A DNA stretch of 64,000 bases from an uncultured Gemmatimonadaceae bacterium (GTDB lineage Bacteria; Gemmatimonadota; Gemmatimonadetes; Gemmatimonadales; Gemmatimonadaceae): positions 9,582-73,581 of the forward strand of contig CAZDMG010000003.1 in the NCBI GenBank assembly GCA_964506655.1. The letters are read 5' to 3'. Numbering within the stretch: the first letter of the stretch is position 1; each line of letters opens with the position of its first letter. A program made the position numbers and the translations under genes. The notes beneath the pieces were generated by a model. It searched no databases. It saw nothing but the letters and a program-made list of their open reading frames with translations, and was not told where the DNA came from. Shown here one piece after another: positions 60,843-64,000 of this stretch.

Positions 60843-62656
60843 GCGCGTTCACCGTTACTGCGGGTTGCAACCGCAATCCCCAGTTCACTCAGATCTTCGG
60901 GCGGCACAGCCACCGGTGCACCCTCAAACAGTGCACGCGCTGCTGTGGTCTTCGGGAATGCAATCACATCACGCAATGAAGCAGCACCGGACAGAAGCAT
61001 CGCTATGCGATCGAAACCGAACGCGATGCCACCATGCGGAGGTGCACCGGCACGCAGCGCTTCCAGCAGAAAGCCGAACCGACGCTCCTGCTCCTGGGCA
61101 TCACCAATACCCAACAGGCTGAACATGCGCGACTGCACGGCCGGATCGTTCGTGCGGATACTGCCACCGCCAAGTTCCGTTCCGTTGAGTACAAGATCGT
61201 AAGCCTGTGCGCGCCATGAAGCAGGGTCATCGGGGTAAGACTTCATATCGTCTGCGCGCGGCGATGTGAACGGATGATGCACTGCGTTAAGCGCGCCCGT
61301 TGCCGGGTCCTTTTCAAACATCGGGAAATCCACGATCCACACGAACTTCATGTCATCGTCGCGGATAAGCCCGAGCCGCTCTGCACACTCCTGACGCACG
61401 CGGTCGAGCGCAGGGCTGCTGATGTGATCCGGTGCCGCCACCATAAGTGCGAGATCACCTTCCGACATCCCGAACGCAGCGCCAGTTTCAGCGGTAAGCA
61501 GCTTCCCTATGGGGCCATCCCAGCCGTCGGCAGTACGCTTCATCCGCAGTAACCCGCCGGCACCGGCGCCTTTGGCAAGCGCCTCCAGCTCGTCCACCTG
61601 TTTTCTGCTCCACGCCGCACCACCCGGAACTACTATCCCGCGCACACGCCCACCAGCTTCCAGCGCACTTTGCGTGATCCCGAATGGAAGCGGCGCTACA
61701 AGCGATGAAAAATCACGGATGCGAAGATCGTAGCGGAGATCCGGACGATCAATGCCGTAGTACTCAAGCGCATCGGCGTACGTCATGTGCGGAATCGATG
61801 CTGTGACCGGCTTACCTGCCTCACTCCAGAGTGTGTGGATCAACCCTTCAGACAACTCCAGGATATCGTCCACCGTAACGAACGAAGCCTCGATATCGAT
61901 CTGTGTGAACTCCGGCTGCCGGTCAGCACGCAGATCTTCGTCGCGGAAGCAGCGCGCAATCTGGAAATACCTGTCCATTCCAGCACACATGAACAGCTGC
62001 TTGTAGATCTGCGGCGATTGCGGGAGTGCATAGAACTCGCCGCGATGAACCCTGCTTGGCACCAGATAGTCACGCGCGCCTTCCGGTGTGGGCTTGGTAA
62101 GGATCGGAGTTTCAAGTTCCAGATACCCGGAACGCGACAGATACTGCCTTGCCGCCTGCATCAGGCGATGCCTGAGCACCAGCTTCTCCTGCAGTTCAGG
62201 GCGGCGCAGGTCAAGGTAACGGTGCCTGAGTCGCAGCTCTTCTGCGGGTGCTTTGTCACTGTGGCTGCGCGCCACCGGAAGTGCCGGAGTAACAGCCGGC
62301 CCAACCACGCGGATGGCCGTGACACGCACTTCCACCTCACCGGTCTTCATGTCGGGGTTAACGCGATCATTGTCGCGTGTCACCACCGTGCCTTCGCAAA
62401 GCACAACGCTCTCGACGCCGATCTGTGCTGAGCTCGTCTGGACTTCCTCCTCGCACCAATCGGGGCCGAATGCCAACTGGACTATACCGGACCTGTCGCG
62501 CAGGTCGATAAAGACGAGCCCGCCGAGATCGCGGCTACGGTGAACCCACCCGCCGAGCTGCACGCGTCTGCCGGCGTCGCTGCGTCCCAGATTGCCACAC
62601 ATATCAGTGCGCAGGCTGGTAGCCAGTGTAGGCTGCGAAGTTACCTCATCACTCAC
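60839..62656 (-). CDS. aspS: aspartate-tRNA ligase
   Basis: GWVHRSRDLGG, PQSPQIYKQL, CFRDEDLRADRQPEFTQ, PPHGGIAFG; GTG at 62656 with a GGAG RBS preferred as start. Confidence 0.97.
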   Translation of the reverse strand: MSDEVTSQPTLATSLRTDMCGNLGRSDAGRRVQLGGWVHRSRDLGGLVFIDLRDRSGIVQLAFGPDWCEEEVQTSSAQIGVESVVLCEGTVVTRDNDRVNPDMKTGEVEVRVTAIRVVGPAVTPALPVARSHSDKAPAEELRLRHRYLDLRRPELQEKLVLRHRLMQAARQYLSRSGYLELETPILTKPTPEGARDYLVPSRVHRGEFYALPQSPQIYKQLFMCAGMDRYFQIARCFRDEDLRADRQPEFTQIDIEASFVTVDDILELSEGLIHTLWSEAGKPVTASIPHMTYADALEYYGIDRPDLRYDLRIRDFSSLVAPLPFGITQSALEAGGRVRGIVVPGGAAWSRKQVDELEALAKGAGAGGLLRMKRTADGWDGPIGKLLTAETGAAFGMSEGDLALMVAAPDHISSPALDRVRQECAERLGLIRDDDMKFVWIVDFPMFEKDPATGALNAVHHPFTSPRADDMKSYPDDPASWRAQAYDLVLNGTELGGGSIRTNDPAVQSRMFSLLGIGDAQEQERRFGFLLEALRAGAPPHGGIAFGFDRIAMLLSGAASLRDVIAFPKTTAARALFEGAPVAVPPEDLSELGIAVATRSNGERA

Positions 62657-63008
62657 TTGGAGCTTCTCCGAACAGGAGGTGGGAGAGAGGGCGGTGGCGG
62701 ACGTATGAATGCGTCGGTAGTGGACGCACTGACGCACAGCGTTTCCATGCAACCATTCAGCGTGCCAGACCCTGTCTCAAGGCAATGAAATCAGGCGCGG
62801 ACGGCAGTTGTGCCGACCCGAATGCCCCCGGCGCCTCAAAGTGCCGCACAGAATCCTGCAAAGCGGTAGCGGAGGCGACGTCCCTGGAACGGCATGGCGC
62901 GCTGACTGTTATGACTAAATGCACTTCCCTGTAAGTTAGCAGATTTTCGACCAGACTGGTAGCGATATCGCTTGCGTGACATGACTTTGCCCGGTTAAGC
63001 TCAACCTT

Positions 63009-63923
63009 ATGTGCCGCAAGTTCTTATGCGGGCTCGTATGCTGGCTGGGAGCGGCTTCACTTGAGGCCCAGTCAGTACCGGCCCGGGATCTCTGGGAGTT
63101 CCCGCTGGCAGCTGCGTTGCAGCCGGCAGCGCTTTCTGCCGAACCAGCCAACGGGCTCTGGAATCCCGCTGTGCACGGACTGGGTGCGGATCAGCGGTTA
63201 CTTGTTGGCATAGCGTCACTTGCGGCCTCCTCGGAGACCGGCGTCGAAGGACACGCCGCTGGCATAGCCTGGCGGGGCTCCGAGAACCGGGTCTTCAGCC
63301 TGTCGGTCGCAAGAAGCGCGATCGGTGGTATCGTCCGCACTGAGTTCGACCCTCAGGCAATGGGCGAAATCCCCTACTCCTCCCTGATCCTTTCCGGCAC
63401 GGCGTCGGCGGAGGTGCTTCCGAATGTCCGCATTGGGATGGCGCTCCGATGGCGCGAAGGGCGCTCAGACCGGCAAACCAGCCATGCATTGGCTGCCGAC
63501 CTCGGGATGACGGCAGTGGTTCCACAGCTCCGCAAGCTACGGGTTGGAGTGTCCAGCTTCCTGTGGCGACCAGGGCGCGAAATCGAAGACCGCCCGTCAT
63601 TGCTGGCAGCAGCAGATGCTGCACTTTTTTCGTACGGCTCCGCAACTGATCGTCTCCCCATTGAACTGCGCGCGGGGTACTCCGTGAGTTCGGTAAATAG
63701 GGGGACACAGGAACATGGCCCGTATGTACAGGGGCGGTTTGAACGGTTCGAAACCAGCTTTTCGTACATTACCGCACGTACCAACACCGCCACCCACTCG
63801 TATCGCATGCGAACCGGGGTTGCTGTCCGTTATGCTCAATACATGGCAGGAATCGGACGTGAAGAAGGGATTGCCGGACTTGGCCCGCTTTACCAGTTCA
63901 CTCTGAGTTCCGGCCTCCGATAG
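63009..63923 (+). CDS. putative outer-membrane beta-barrel protein (UPF0164/PorV-like)
   Basis: Signal peptide ending LEA-Q, WNPA motif, amphipathic beta strands, C-terminal YQFTLS. Confidence 0.5.
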   Translation: MCRKFLCGLVCWLGAASLEAQSVPARDLWEFPLAAALQPAALSAEPANGLWNPAVHGLGADQRLLVGIASLAASSETGVEGHAAGIAWRGSENRVFSLSVARSAIGGIVRTEFDPQAMGEIPYSSLILSGTASAEVLPNVRIGMALRWREGRSDRQTSHALAADLGMTAVVPQLRKLRVGVSSFLWRPGREIEDRPSLLAAADAALFSYGSATDRLPIELRAGYSVSSVNRGTQEHGPYVQGRFERFETSFSYITARTNTATHSYRMRTGVAVRYAQYMAGIGREEGIAGLGPLYQFTLSSGLR

Positions 63924-64000
63924 CCTCATGGTACTGTCCCGCTTACTGATACTCCGTTGACTGCTGCATCACTGCCTCAAACACCTGACACGCGAATCAA

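Noticed and set aside
62657-62940. T-box or cobalamin riboswitch upstream of the aspS...mutase operon
   Set aside because: No GGTGGNACC T-box; a lone AGGGAA is not followed by the other cobalamin riboswitch elements.

Overview
A chromosomal housekeeping region of roughly 59-60% GC (estimated by eye). Gene content and order suggest a Gemmatimonadota (Gemmatimonadaceae-like) bacterium; this is an inference, not a database result. Almost all genes are on the minus strand. Left to right: nuoD(partial)-C-B-A with a near-perfect Rex operator, dcd, a TsdA-type diheme cytochrome c lipoprotein directly after sdhCAB, mdh, moaA/E/D, HU/IHF, carA, secG, tpiA/pgk/gap, comF, aroE, an LMW phosphatase, ispD, radA, dnaB, a family-4 UDG, coaBC, rpoZ, gmk, yicC, an outer-membrane protein with a repetitive Asp-Ser stalk, pepA, icd, tRNA-Asn and tRNA-Leu. 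Next come an ECF sigma/ZAS anti-sigma/Spy-like/sensor-less kinase cluster, glpQ and rpmA/rplU. Two accessory islets flank rng: one has three beta-propeller lipoproteins, the other a duplicated secreted-protein cassette. The right third is one long operon: aspS-phoH-ybeY-2x corC/tlyC-meaB-mutase alpha-methyltransferase-B12 subunit-carboxyltransferase-AtuA-like pair-55-aa membrane protein-U32/RlhA-recQ-acyl-CoA dehydrogenase. I found no CRISPR array, transposase, integrase, prophage or reverse transcriptase. Best leads: (1) the mutase has isobutyryl-CoA mutase rather than methylmalonyl-CoA mutase determinants and sits in an unexplained branched acyl-CoA cluster; (2) TsdA is linked to sdh; (3) 8-14 bp tandem micro-repeats recur at gene 3' ends; (4) strand skew reverses locally over aroE-udg without a change in gene orientation; (5) the duplicated secreted pair is diversified at its C-terminus; (6) long structured leaders precede rng and aspS.
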